Below are positions 8,374 to 17,701 of a stretch of 64,000 nt of DNA, piece by piece. A model generated the notes under the pieces. The model saw only the letters and a list, made by a program, of their open reading frames with translations, ran no database searches and was not told where the DNA came from. The stretch comes from Minisyncoccota bacterium. Its GTDB lineage: Bacteria > Patescibacteriota > Minisyncoccia > Phycocordibacterales > XYD1-FULL-46-19. The first letter of the stretch is position 1; each line of letters opens with the position of its first letter. The DNA is taken from positions 106,316-170,315 of the forward strand of contig JBBABX010000001.1 in assembly GCA_041657405.1 (NCBI GenBank), given 5' to 3'. The position numbers were made by a program, and so were the translations under genes.

Positions 8374-9240
8374 ATGCCCGAACTCCCTGAAGTAGAAACC
8401 TTAAAAAGAGAGCTCGCCAAAGCTCTGCCTGGCCGACAAATAAAGTCGGTGGAAGTTTTGTGGTGGAAAACGGTTTCCCCCCTCTCGCCAGAAGAATTCG
8501 CTAAACAAATGGCTGGCAAAAAAATTGTTGACATTAGTCGCCGCGCCAAAATGCTTTTTATTAACTTTGCCGACACGACCGCACTCGCCGTCCACCTTAA
8601 AATGACCGGCCAGCTTATTTTTGAACCCAAAAAAGGCCGGGCCATCGGCGGTGGCCACCCCGATCAAGCCCTTGCCGAAAAACAACCGACTAAACACACC
8701 CGCTTAATTTTTGAATTCAAAGACGATAGCAAACTTTATTTTAATGACCTTCGAAAATTCGGCTGGGTTCGTTTAGTTACCGATCAACAAATGAAACAAC
8801 TCATCAAACCTTATGGCTTAGAACCCTTGTCAAAAATTTTTACTGATCAAGCTTTGACTGATATTTTTAAACATCACCCCAAACGTTCTATTAAAAAAAT
8901 TTTACTAGACCAGTCGTTGATTGCCGGTTTGGGCAATATTTATGTTGATGAATCTTGTTTTCAAGCAAGGCTCTTGCCAACCAAACAAGCTCTTAATCTA
9001 AAGCCAGCAGATTTAAAACGACTACGTTTGGCGATTATTAGAATCCTTAAATTTTCCATCCACCACAAAGGCACATCATCTAAAAATTATCGTCGTTCAA
9101 ACGGTTCGCCGGGAGGATTTGTTCCCCATCTCAAAGTTTATGGACGCGAAAATAAACCTTGTAAAATCTGCGGCCACCCAATCCAAAAAATCACCCATGC
9201 CAGTCGTGGCACACATTTTTGCCAGCATTGTCAGAAATAA
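8374..9240 (+). CDS. mutM: formamidopyrimidine-DNA glycosylase (Fpg/MutM)
   Basis: N-terminus MPELPEVE (catalytic Pro2, Glu3); H2TH region; C-terminal zinc finger CKICGHPIQKITHASRGTHFCQHCQ; start moved to ATG at 8374. Confidence 0.9.
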   Translation: MPELPEVETLKRELAKALPGRQIKSVEVLWWKTVSPLSPEEFAKQMAGKKIVDISRRAKMLFINFADTTALAVHLKMTGQLIFEPKKGRAIGGGHPDQALAEKQPTKHTRLIFEFKDDSKLYFNDLRKFGWVRLVTDQQMKQLIKPYGLEPLSKIFTDQALTDIFKHHPKRSIKKILLDQSLIAGLGNIYVDESCFQARLLPTKQALNLKPADLKRLRLAIIRILKFSIHHKGTSSKNYRRSNGSPGGFVPHLKVYGRENKPCKICGHPIQKITHASRGTHFCQHCQK

Positions 9241-9242
9241 GT

Positions 9243-9575
9243 TTAGAAAATTCGCTCCACCGCCCAATTAATTACCGACAAAACAATTGCAAAAATTAAC
9301 GCCACCCAGAAACTAGCAACCGCAAAACCAGCAATTAAAGAGGCTGACAACATTATCAACAAAGCGTTGATAACCAGAGTAAACAAACCAAGAGTAACGA
9401 GATTAATTGGTAGAGTTAAAAAAATAATTATTGGTTTTATAAACGCATTGATCATACCAAGAACCAGGGCCGCGATTAACGCTACCCAAAAACTAGCAAC
9501 AGTTATTCCTGGCACCAAATAAGCAGCGATCAAAATAACAATAGCAGCGATAAACCAATTAACGAGAGTTTTCAT
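9243..9575 (-). CDS. small integral membrane protein, DUF360/phage-holin-4_2-like family
   Basis: two internal repeats ...VASFWVALI(A/F)A(L/I)VL..IN...; motif ...INAFIKPIIIFLTLPINLVTLGLFTLVINALL typical of this family; start moved to MKTLVNWF. Confidence 0.5.
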   Translation of the reverse strand: MKTLVNWFIAAIVILIAAYLVPGITVASFWVALIAALVLGMINAFIKPIIIFLTLPINLVTLGLFTLVINALLIMLSASLIAGFAVASFWVALIFAIVLSVINWAVERIF

Positions 9576-9635
9576 AAGCTCTTTTTTAATTTTAATCTTA
9601 ATAATCTTATAAAATAAATAATAAAAAAACAATAA

Positions 9636-10133
9636 TCAAATATTCAATATCCGAAACAAAACTATCCCCACCGAAACTGAAACATTAAGAGATTCTTTTT
9701 GCCCACACATTGGTATCTCTATAATTTGATGACATTTATTTAAAATTTTTTTAGACAAACCTTCTGTTTCATTTCCAAAAATAAAAGCGGTATTGGTTTT
9801 AAGTTTAAATTTTTTATAATCAATAGATTTGACTGCTTGTTCCACCGCAACTATTTGAAAATTTTCTTGATTAAGCCCACGCAAAAGTTTTTGAGTAGGC
9901 TTAATCTTTTCCCACAAAATATTTTTTTCTGCTCCAAGAGCAGTTTTGCTAATTTGTTTGTTAATTCGTCCGAAATTATCTTTTGGTGACGGAGTATAAC
10001 CAGTTAAATAAATTTTAGTTACCCCTGCCGCTTCGGCTGTCCGAAAAATTGAACCGACATTCAAGGCACTTCGAATGTCTGGCAAAACCAACACCACCTT
10101 TCTTTTTGCTTTCTTAGCAACCATAACCAGCAC
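9636..10133 (-). CDS. SpoU-family tRNA/rRNA 2'-O-ribose methyltransferase (TrmH/TrmL-like)
   Basis: motifs AFIFGNETEGLS and IPMCGQKESLNVSVSVGIVLFRI (SPOUT knot region). Confidence 0.8.
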   Translation of the reverse strand: MLVMVAKKAKRKVVLVLPDIRSALNVGSIFRTAEAAGVTKIYLTGYTPSPKDNFGRINKQISKTALGAEKNILWEKIKPTQKLLRGLNQENFQIVAVEQAVKSIDYKKFKLKTNTAFIFGNETEGLSKKILNKCHQIIEIPMCGQKESLNVSVSVGIVLFRILNI

Positions 10134-10354
10134 TATAACATAGACAAAAAATTTGAAAAACTGGAAAAATCTGTTATTATTTTTCTGTTAGAACAATTCA
10201 CTGAATTATTTACTCAACATACAAAACTTTAGCAAAACCAATTGAGTAGATGATAAATATACTCAATTGGTTTCGTCCCAATGCTTATAGGGTAAAAACA
10301 AGTGGGTTGTATAAGTTTATGATAAAGTAAGTATAATAATAAAAAACGTTATAT

Positions 10355-10430
10355 GCCCTGTTAGCTCAGTTGGTAGAGCAGCTCCCTTTTAAGGAGACGG
10401 TCGGGGGTTCGAATCCCTCACAGGGCACCA
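10355..10430 (+). tRNA. tRNA-Lys (anticodon TTT)
   Basis: GCCCTGTTAGCTCAGTTGGTAGAGCAGCTCCCTTTTAAGGAGACGGTCGGGGGTTCGAATCCCTCACAGGGCACCA; anticodon loop CTTTTAA. Confidence 0.9.
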
Positions 10431-10486
10431 AGCTCTAACTTATTTTTTACAAGCAATAAGAACAAAAAAACCCAGGTGTTTTTCTC

Positions 10487-10519
10487 CCCAATTTTTTACC
10501 ATAGGACTAAAAAATTGGG
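10487..10519. other. 11-bp perfect hairpin (cccaatttttt / aaaaaattggg, 11-nt loop) about 55 nt after tRNA-Lys
   Basis: seen directly; no clean T-run on either side, so function uncertain (processing or termination signal?). Confidence 0.4.
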
Positions 10520-10817
10520 AAAAGACATCAATAAAACTAAAACTTGTAAAAAATCGTGGGGCTGTTAATATAAATTAATGGGTTGTAATATGTCTACTCT
10601 CGAGCGGCATACGACTAGTGGATTTCATAAAACCCAACTCTCACACCTGGGTTTTGTGAAATTAGGAAGTCGTTGAGGAGCTTATGCCATCCTAAAACCA
10701 TCTGTGAACTTGGCATAAAAATATTCACCGACCACAACAATCTAATCACAGAAGATTTGCAACGGTTGGGTGCATATCCTCAAGCTAGCGAGGTCGGAAA
10801 CTCGCCAACCCACCTAC

Positions 10818-10850
10818 GCCACAGCGAAGCTCAAGCTGTGGCCTTTTTAT
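10818..10850 (+). terminator. rho-independent terminator (gccacagc-gaagctcaa-gctgtggc followed by CTTTTTAT) on plus strand
   Basis: seen directly; ends a plus-strand transcript from the non-coding 10.56-10.85 kb region; overlaps the holA stop codon. Confidence 0.5.
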
Positions 10851-11611
10851 ACCCCCAACAAAATCCTCTCTAATCCAAATTCAAATTCCTCCGAACCTAG
10901 ATAGGTTTCATGATAAAGGTCCACCAATTCACTAGACAATTTTTCCAACTCCTCTATTTCAAACTTTTGTGCCACACGTTTGGTTTTACCCAAGACAAAA
11001 GGTTTGAGATTTAACTCTTTCTCATTTTCAGTTCTTTTAACCAAGAGCATATTTTGCACCTGCCAAATTATTTTCCACAAAACATCTTCCGGCGTCACCC
11101 CAGACAAAAGAGCTTCTTCGTAAAGGGTCCAAGCCTCATTTTTATCGCGAGTCGCAAAAGCGTCAACGATTGAATAGATGTTAAATTCAGGCGGTGGTAG
11201 GACGGAAAATTCTTGCGTTTTAGTTGCCATTTTTTTTACTTTTTCAATTTCTGCTCGTCGCCTCTTCCACTTATCTTTACTTTCTAAATTAACGCTTCTA
11301 TTCAGAGTTTCCTCTTCCTCTAAAAACAAGAATAGATTCTTTGATTCAGCGATGTCGGACAGGTGGGTTAGAATAAAATCTTTGGCCACTTTATCTTTTA
11401 ATTCCTTCAATAAGTTATCACTAGCAATTATAAAATGTCGCACAAAAAGTGTTTGACCAAAGATGAGTTCCTCAAACTCAGCAATTGAGAAATTTTCCAC
11501 ACTTAGTTTAAAAAGGGTTGCTCCTGGTTGCTTATTTAAAATTGACCGAGCCAAAGCCAGGTGCTTGTCGCGTGTCTTTTTTTTGTCGGAACCATAAGTA
11601 AGATAGAGCAT
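10847..11611 (-). CDS. holA: DNA polymerase III delta subunit-like (HolA)
   Basis: N-terminus MLYLTYGSD resembles the HolA start (e.g. MIYLLYGED) and the ~250-aa helical architecture fits; similarity is modest. Confidence 0.5.
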   Translation of the reverse strand: MLYLTYGSDKKKTRDKHLALARSILNKQPGATLFKLSVENFSIAEFEELIFGQTLFVRHFIIASDNLLKELKDKVAKDFILTHLSDIAESKNLFLFLEEEETLNRSVNLESKDKWKRRRAEIEKVKKMATKTQEFSVLPPPEFNIYSIVDAFATRDKNEAWTLYEEALLSGVTPEDVLWKIIWQVQNMLLVKRTENEKELNLKPFVLGKTKRVAQKFEIEELEKLSSELVDLYHETYLGSEEFEFGLERILLGV

Positions 11612-11676
11612 AGGGAATTTGAAATGTAAAAATCAAAGATTAAAGTTAAAAATAAAAAGATTTTACCAATTTTATA

Positions 11677-12504
11677 TTATATTTCAAGGCTGATGCCAAC
11701 TGGACAATGGTCGGAACCGAGTTGAGTATCTAAAATAAATGCCTCTTTAACATTTTTTTTAAGGGTTTTACTAACCCAAAAATAATCTATCCGCCAACCA
11801 ATATTTCTTGCCCGTGCATGAAATTTATAACTCCACCACGAATAAATTTTTTCTTTGTCACCATGCACAAATCGAAAAGTATCTATTAAACCAGCGGCTG
11901 CAAATTTATCCGCCCATTTTCGTTCTTCATCAGTAAAACCAGGATTGCCTATATTATCCCTAGGTCGGGCCAAGTCAATTTCTTTATGCGCCACATTAAA
12001 ATCACCACAAGTAACAACCGGTTTAATTTTTTCCAACTTCTTAATATGTTTGAGCCATTTGTTGTTAAAATCCTCTTTCAAGGCTAGACGAGAAAGATCA
12101 TGACGCACATTTGGAAAATAAGTATTAACAAAAAAGAACCTTTCAAATTCCAAGGTCAACACTCTCCCCTCCTCATCCTCGCCATTTGTTTGACCTGGCA
12201 AAACAAAACCATAACCAACAGCCAAAGGCTCAATTTGAGAAAAAGCTGCTGTGCCAGCATAACCTGGCTTCTTGGCAGAATGCCAATATTCGGCATAATC
12301 AACAAAATCCCAACCAGAAACCGACGGGTCTTGAGCAGAAAATTTTTTTGCCATCTTCTCTCGATCAACATTGGCAATTTTGATCTCTTGCAAACCTAAA
12401 ATATCCGGCTTAACTTCTGTCAAAAACTCCCCCAAGAAACCATTTTTAATTACCGCCCTTATCCCATTAACATTCCAAGAAAACAACTTAAGCGCTTTAT
12501 TCAT
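11677..12504 (-). CDS. xth: exodeoxyribonuclease III / AP endonuclease
   Basis: LFSWNVNGIRA, QEIK, GDFNVAH, SDHCPV motifs of the ExoIII family. Confidence 0.9.
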   Translation of the reverse strand: MNKALKLFSWNVNGIRAVIKNGFLGEFLTEVKPDILGLQEIKIANVDREKMAKKFSAQDPSVSGWDFVDYAEYWHSAKKPGYAGTAAFSQIEPLAVGYGFVLPGQTNGEDEEGRVLTLEFERFFFVNTYFPNVRHDLSRLALKEDFNNKWLKHIKKLEKIKPVVTCGDFNVAHKEIDLARPRDNIGNPGFTDEERKWADKFAAAGLIDTFRFVHGDKEKIYSWWSYKFHARARNIGWRIDYFWVSKTLKKNVKEAFILDTQLGSDHCPVGISLEI

Positions 12505-12513
12505 AACTTAATC

Positions 12514-13116
12514 TTAATGGTAATTTTTAAGAATAGCAAAATCTTTTTTTAAATCTTCAATTAGAGCGCGGTTATAAATAGCCGCCGCTGGATGGTAAAA
12601 GGGTATAATAATAATCGGACCATAAGAAGCTTGGGCAGAAAGAACTTTCCCATGAAGCTCACTGATTGATTTTAAAGCTTCAGGAATAGTAAATTTTTCC
12701 AAAATATATCGCATAGAAAAACGTCCTAGTGTAGCAATTACTTGAGGTTTTATAATTTCAATCTGCCTATCAAGAAATGGACCATAACAAGCAATCTCTT
12801 CCGGTAAAGGGTCCCGATTTTGCGGTGGTCGATCTTTGATTATATTGGTTACGTAAACTTCTGTTCGACTAATACTGTTTTCTGCCAAAAGCTCATCTAA
12901 GATTTTTCCTGCCGATCCACAAAAAGGATGACCAGTTTTGGCCTCATTGCGCCCCGGCGCCTCGCCAATAAACATAATCTTTGCTTCATGATTGCCTTCA
13001 CCAATTACTGGGAAAAATCTATTTGCCTGCCGAAAGGCAAACAATGGTGATTTTTTAAAAATCAAAATTTCATTTTTAATTGCGCGCAATTTTTCTTTTT
13101 TGTCTTCAATCGTCAT
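12514..13116 (-). CDS. uracil-DNA glycosylase, family 4
   Basis: GEGNHEAKIMFIGEAPGRNEAKTGHPFCGSAGKILDELL (family 4 UDG motifs A and B). Confidence 0.85.
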   Translation of the reverse strand: MTIEDKKEKLRAIKNEILIFKKSPLFAFRQANRFFPVIGEGNHEAKIMFIGEAPGRNEAKTGHPFCGSAGKILDELLAENSISRTEVYVTNIIKDRPPQNRDPLPEEIACYGPFLDRQIEIIKPQVIATLGRFSMRYILEKFTIPEALKSISELHGKVLSAQASYGPIIIIPFYHPAAAIYNRALIEDLKKDFAILKNYH

Positions 13117-13122
13117 AAAAGT

Positions 13123-13596
13123 TTATCCATCATTAATTTCGTCTTTCGTTTTCTTTTGAAAATCGCTCACAAAATCTCTTTCAACGATCCAAAGAATAGC
13201 AAAAATAAACAATATCAAACCTGTCGCCACCAATGCCAACCAATACAGACCAAAGCCACAAGACAAGCCAACCCCGGCCGCCACCCACATTCCCGCTGCT
13301 GTAGTCAGGCCAGTCACCTTGCCAGCCTTAGACATAATCAAACCAGCTCCAAGAAAACCGATACCGACAATTACCTGTGACGCCATCCGTAAGGGGTCAA
13401 AATTTATTATACCAATCGTTTGTTCTGTTACCAATTTTGAGATTATTGCAAAGAGGGCGGCCCCCAAACTGACCAAAGCAAAAGTCCTCATCCCAGCGAC
13501 CTTACCCGCCAAATTTCGTTCAAAACCGAGACAAATACCAAGGGCCATTGCCAAGACTAGACTTAAGATTATTTCACCATTTAATATTCCCAACAT
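13123..13596 (-). CDS. MgtC/SapB family membrane protein
   Basis: LAMALGICLGFERNLAGKVAGMRTFALVSLGAALF typical MgtC N-terminal domain; 4-5 TM. Confidence 0.75.
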   Translation of the reverse strand: MLGILNGEIILSLVLAMALGICLGFERNLAGKVAGMRTFALVSLGAALFAIISKLVTEQTIGIINFDPLRMASQVIVGIGFLGAGLIMSKAGKVTGLTTAAGMWVAAGVGLSCGFGLYWLALVATGLILFIFAILWIVERDFVSDFQKKTKDEINDG

Positions 13597-13654
13597 AATT
13601 AAATTAAATTATTTTATAGTATTTATATTTTAGAATCTTTTCTTAAAAAAAACA

Positions 13655-13690
13655 AAAAAAAACGGCTTTTACACCGTTTTTTTGTTTTTT
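13655..13690. terminator. bidirectional rho-independent terminator (aaaaaacgg-cttttaca-ccgtttttt flanked by A-run/T-run)
   Basis: seen directly between the convergent 3' ends of mgtC-like and the 13703..13909 gene. Confidence 0.6.
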
Positions 13691-13702
13691 GATTAGTGAT
13701 TT

Positions 13703-13909
13703 TTACTCGGAAACTTCAGAAGTAGTTGTGACTTCTTCTTCAACAACTTCTCCTTCCATAACCTCGCCCATATCACCTTCAAGGTCGGTTGTTTCTTCGG
13801 TTAAAACTTCAACCTCACCCTCTGGGGTAACCGGAGCTTGAGACTTGAACCAAACCACGCCAATGATAATCAAAATGATTACAATAGCGACGATAACGTA
13901 ATTTTTCAT
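13703..13909 (-). CDS. small membrane-anchored protein with acidic Glu/Val/Thr-rich tail
   Basis: N-terminal TM MKNYVIVAIVIILIIIGVVWF then EVEVLTEETTDLEGDMGEVMEGEVVEEEV. Confidence 0.4.
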   Translation of the reverse strand: MKNYVIVAIVIILIIIGVVWFKSQAPVTPEGEVEVLTEETTDLEGDMGEVMEGEVVEEEVTTTSEVSE

Positions 13910-14069
13910 GAGATATAGTTAGATTACCTTAATCGACCTTTGCTTAATTGCAAAATAAAATATTGCAGTTTTATCATATAATATTGAGCTTTTTAAAGCA
14001 AGTTTTTAAAATGTGGAAAAAGATCACTATTTTATCTAAATGACAAGAAGAAAACTTCTTATTTAAAGA

Positions 14070-16412
14070 TCACAAATCAAACCAAGATCGCCCACAATCA
14101 TAACTAACTAAAAGTGGCACTGGTAATTTAACAGTTTTTTCCATTGTCAAACAAATAATTTTTTTCACTTCTTCAACGACATCTTCTGCTGTTTCATAAA
14201 TTAATTCATCATGGATTTGCAACAAAAGGTGAGCTTTCTCTCCCAACCCAGCTTCCTTCAATCTTTTTTCACCCTCTATCATCGACAACTTAATTATATC
14301 AGCCGCCGTGCCTTGAAGCGGGGCGTTCATTGCCATTCTTTCGGCCGCCGCCAAAATTTGTGGCAATGGAGATCTAAGCGCCGGTAAATAACGACGACGT
14401 CCGAATAAAGTTTCGGTGTAGCCTTTTATTTTGGCATTCGTTACCACTCCTTCAAAATAATTTTTGATAGTGGGAAAAGTTAAAAAATAATTAGCCATAA
14501 ATTGCTCTGCTTCTTGTTTGGTAGCACTAAGACTGGTTTTTAAAGCATTCACTCCCATCCCATAAATAATTCCAAAATTTATGACTTTAGCTCGCCGACG
14601 CATTTCCTTGGTAACGGCCTCTTCTTTAACCCCAAAAACCTTCGAGGCTACCGCAGAATGAATATCTTTGTTTTCCTTAAACACCGCTGTGAGATTTGGG
14701 TCTCCCGACAAGGCTGCTAGCACCCTTAATTCTATTTGTGAATAATCAAAAGACAATAATTTAAAACCTGGACGGGCAACAAATCCCCCTCTAACAGCAG
14801 TCCCTAGGCCAGCCCGCGCTGGGATATTTTGTAAATTTGGGTTATTAGACGACATCCGACCAGTGGTCGTGCCATTTTGATTAAATGTAGCATGGAGAAC
14901 GTTTTCATGGTCAAGCATTGTCGGAATATTGTCAATATAAGTAGATAATAATTTTTGCAATTCTCTATATTCTAAAATTTTTTCAATAACGGGATGAATA
15001 CCTTTTAGTTTTAAAAGTTCTGATTCACGTGTTGACCTAGCACCTGTCGCTGTTTTTTTGAGTCCTTTGACAGAAAGTTTTAATTTATCAAATAAAACTT
15101 CTCCTAGTTGTTTCGGCGAATTAATATTAAAAGTTTCTTCGACAAATTCATAAACCTCATTTTCTAATTTAGATAATTTAATATGATAATCTTGTGATAA
15201 TTTTTTCAAATAAACAGTATCAATTAAAACCCCTCGTTTTTCCATACTTTTGATAATTGGCAATAGGGGTTTTTCAATTTCTAACCAAACTTTTTCCAAA
15301 CCTTTATCTTTTAATTTATTTAGAATTAATTTTTCCGCTTCAAGAAGATTATCACAACCAGCAAATTGCAAAATATCTTCTAATTTAGGAACAGTTAAAT
15401 CAGAATTAAGAAGCCACACCATAACTCCCACCCGACGGATATCTTCGGGGTCAATTTCTTCTTCATTTTTACTTGATTCTTCTTTTATTTTTAAACCTTC
15501 CCCAAATTTTAAATTTTTGAGACGGCCAATCAAGCTACGAAATTCTAAATCCATAAAAATTTTTTCTACTGGAAAAAAAGAAAAGGTTTCCGTCCAAGTT
15601 TTTTCTGGTAACGAAAACTCGATCGGCGCATCATAACGAATAGTCGCTAAAGTTTTTGAGAAAATTGCTTCTTCTTCATTTTCTTTTAACAGGTTTACAA
15701 TTCTTGTTTTTACCCCTCGATTTATAAAAATTTTTTCATCTTTTTTTAATTTTTTAAAAATTTGTTCTATTGAACCAAATTCTTGAATTAAAATTGTCGC
15801 CGTTTTATCACCAACACCCGATACGCCAATAATATTATCTGACGGGTCGCCCTTGAGCCCTTTAAAATCTGCTATCAAAGCTGGCGCAAAACCATAACGT
15901 TCTCGGATATTTTTTTCGTCGTAAATTACAGTATCAGTTAAACCTTTACGTAAAGTATAAACAATAACTCTATCACCCTTCACCAACTGAAGAGTATCCA
16001 TATCGCCTGAAGCAATAATAATTTGTAAATTATTATTAGTCTTGAGTTTTTCAACGATAGTGCCTATTATATCGTCAGCCTCAAAACCTGGAGCATCATA
16101 GATTGGAATGCCGAAGGCTGTAAAAATATCACGCGCGCGGATAAGTTGGGCTATTAATTCGGCTTCGGCTTTAGGTCTCCCCGCTTTATAGCCTTCATAG
16201 GCTTGCTTGCGAAAAGTTGTTTCCGCTCGGTCAAAACAAGCCACTAAATAATCTGGTTTGAGGTCAGAAATTATCCGCATCAACATCGTCGCCACCCCAT
16301 ACAACCCACCAGTTGGCTCACCTTGACTAGAAACAAAGTCAGGCAAAGCATGATAAGCGCGGTGGATAATTGCATGCGCGTCAAAAAGAACTAATTTTTT
16401 CTTTTTCCCCAT
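14070..16412 (-). CDS. polA: DNA polymerase I (5'-3' exonuclease + polymerase; 3'-5' exonuclease region reduced)
   Basis: N-terminus KKLVLFDAHAIIHRAYHAL (FEN domain); pol motifs ...RRRAKVINFGIIYGM... and ...QIHDELIYE...; 780 aa with only ~130 aa where the proofreading domain would sit. Confidence 0.95.
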   Translation of the reverse strand: MGKKKKLVLFDAHAIIHRAYHALPDFVSSQGEPTGGLYGVATMLMRIISDLKPDYLVACFDRAETTFRKQAYEGYKAGRPKAEAELIAQLIRARDIFTAFGIPIYDAPGFEADDIIGTIVEKLKTNNNLQIIIASGDMDTLQLVKGDRVIVYTLRKGLTDTVIYDEKNIRERYGFAPALIADFKGLKGDPSDNIIGVSGVGDKTATILIQEFGSIEQIFKKLKKDEKIFINRGVKTRIVNLLKENEEEAIFSKTLATIRYDAPIEFSLPEKTWTETFSFFPVEKIFMDLEFRSLIGRLKNLKFGEGLKIKEESSKNEEEIDPEDIRRVGVMVWLLNSDLTVPKLEDILQFAGCDNLLEAEKLILNKLKDKGLEKVWLEIEKPLLPIIKSMEKRGVLIDTVYLKKLSQDYHIKLSKLENEVYEFVEETFNINSPKQLGEVLFDKLKLSVKGLKKTATGARSTRESELLKLKGIHPVIEKILEYRELQKLLSTYIDNIPTMLDHENVLHATFNQNGTTTGRMSSNNPNLQNIPARAGLGTAVRGGFVARPGFKLLSFDYSQIELRVLAALSGDPNLTAVFKENKDIHSAVASKVFGVKEEAVTKEMRRRAKVINFGIIYGMGVNALKTSLSATKQEAEQFMANYFLTFPTIKNYFEGVVTNAKIKGYTETLFGRRRYLPALRSPLPQILAAAERMAMNAPLQGTAADIIKLSMIEGEKRLKEAGLGEKAHLLLQIHDELIYETAEDVVEEVKKIICLTMEKTVKLPVPLLVSYDCGRSWFDL

Positions 16413-16461
16413 TAATCTAAGTATAACGCATTATTTAAAAGGGAAAAGAAATATTCTAAAA

Positions 16462-16926
16462 TTAAACAAAGGAAATTTCACGCTTGGTATCATCAATAAA
16501 TTTGAATTTAACCTCAAGACGGTCAGAGGGCAAAATGGTTGACACAATTTCAGGCCACTCCAATAAAATCAAGTTCTGGGGATTTTTAACAATTTCGATC
16601 CAATCTAAAGCCAAAAGGTCTCGCCCTCCACTCAAGCGATAAGCGTCAATGTGAATAAGTTGTTTATAAATTGAGAGAAAAGGCTTTGAATTGTTTTTAA
16701 GGATAGGAATTTTATATTTTTTTTCAATTATAAAAGTTGGACTAGTTATTTTAACTTTAATTCCCAAGCTTTTCGCTATCGCTTGAGCAAAAGTGGTTTT
16801 ACCAGAACCTAAATCACCAACCAGAGTCACTACCCTTGCCTGTTGACTCGGTTTTAGTTTTTTTATAAAAATTTCAGCCAAAGTTTTTGTCTCGGTCAAA
16901 CTCTTTGATACTTTTTTCATTATCAT
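16462..16926 (-). CDS. tsaE: tRNA threonylcarbamoyladenosine biosynthesis protein TsaE
   Basis: P-loop LVGDLGSGKTTFAQAIAKSLG and TSPTF motif; start moved to MIMKKVSK. Confidence 0.75.
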   Translation of the reverse strand: MIMKKVSKSLTETKTLAEIFIKKLKPSQQARVVTLVGDLGSGKTTFAQAIAKSLGIKVKITSPTFIIEKKYKIPILKNNSKPFLSIYKQLIHIDAYRLSGGRDLLALDWIEIVKNPQNLILLEWPEIVSTILPSDRLEVKFKFIDDTKREISFV

Positions 16927-16998
16927 TATTGTATCGGCTACAAAAATAAAAGGCAAAATAAAAGGCGCACAAGTTTTCACTTGCACGCCTGATGATCA

Positions 16999-17385
16999 TC
17001 ACCGTCGCCCAGCGAGCCCGCCAAAAATATCATCAATATTCAGACGAACTCTACCGTCGTTTCGGTTCCTACTAGAACGAGACGACGACCAAGAATTGTG
17101 AGAACGACCCCCGCCCCTACTCCAATTACTGACACTAGAACGATGTGAAGCGTGTTGATGATGACTTTCACTCCTTCGAGAGTCAATCCGTAGATCAACC
17201 CTTGGCAACATCTGCTGCCAAGAAGGAGCTCTCTCGACCACAACCACCTGGGTGGGGATTGGTGATTGAGACACCACGATAGGTGTTGGTCTTTCGACAT
17301 AAATCACCCGTTGGGGCTGAGGCGCTGTTGTAGCGCAACCGGCCGCCAAAACTCCAAAACAAAGAGCGATCAAAAAGCTTCTCAT
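16999..17385 (-). CDS. lipoprotein with Ser/Arg/His-rich low-complexity C-terminus, GC-rich
   Basis: signal peptide + lipobox MRSFLIALCFGVLAAGC; GGAGG RBS upstream; tail ...HHQHASHRSSVSNWSRGGGRSHNSWSSSRSSRNRNDG. Confidence 0.5.
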   Translation of the reverse strand: MRSFLIALCFGVLAAGCATTAPQPQRVIYVERPTPIVVSQSPIPTQVVVVERAPSWQQMLPRVDLRIDSRRSESHHQHASHRSSVSNWSRGGGRSHNSWSSSRSSRNRNDGRVRLNIDDIFGGLAGRR

Positions 17386-17701
17386 TTTCTTAACCTCCCC
17401 CGCTTCAAGCGGGCATTAAGATTGACTTTCTTTAATTTCTTACCCTATCTTAAATTATAGCAAATTCATATCTTTTTGTCAAGTGCCTCCATTGATTTAA
17501 TAACTCGAAAATATTTTATCAATTTTATCTTAAAATCACTTGCCTTCTTTTTTTCACCCTATTTTTCCTATTTTCACTTTCTCTAAAAAGTTACCCACAG
17601 GTTTGTGGTTGCGTTATATTTTTTTTGTGCAAGAAATGTAATTAGAAATACTGTTAGATTCTGAATTGTTTTTAAAAAAGCAAAAGGGTAAAATATAAAC
17701 A

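Noticed and set aside
10560-10850. tmRNA, RNase P RNA or SRP RNA identity for the candidate ncRNA
   Set aside because: I could not find the tRNA-like acceptor or T-arm plus CCA (tmRNA), the GGAAAGTCCGG or ACAGAAcCCGGCTTA blocks (RNase P), or the AGGUCAGG...GGAAGCAGC helix-8 motif (SRP). Left as unclassified.
10673-10873. 66-aa ORF
   Set aside because: Runs through a plus-strand intrinsic terminator and overlaps the holA stop. Likely non-coding.
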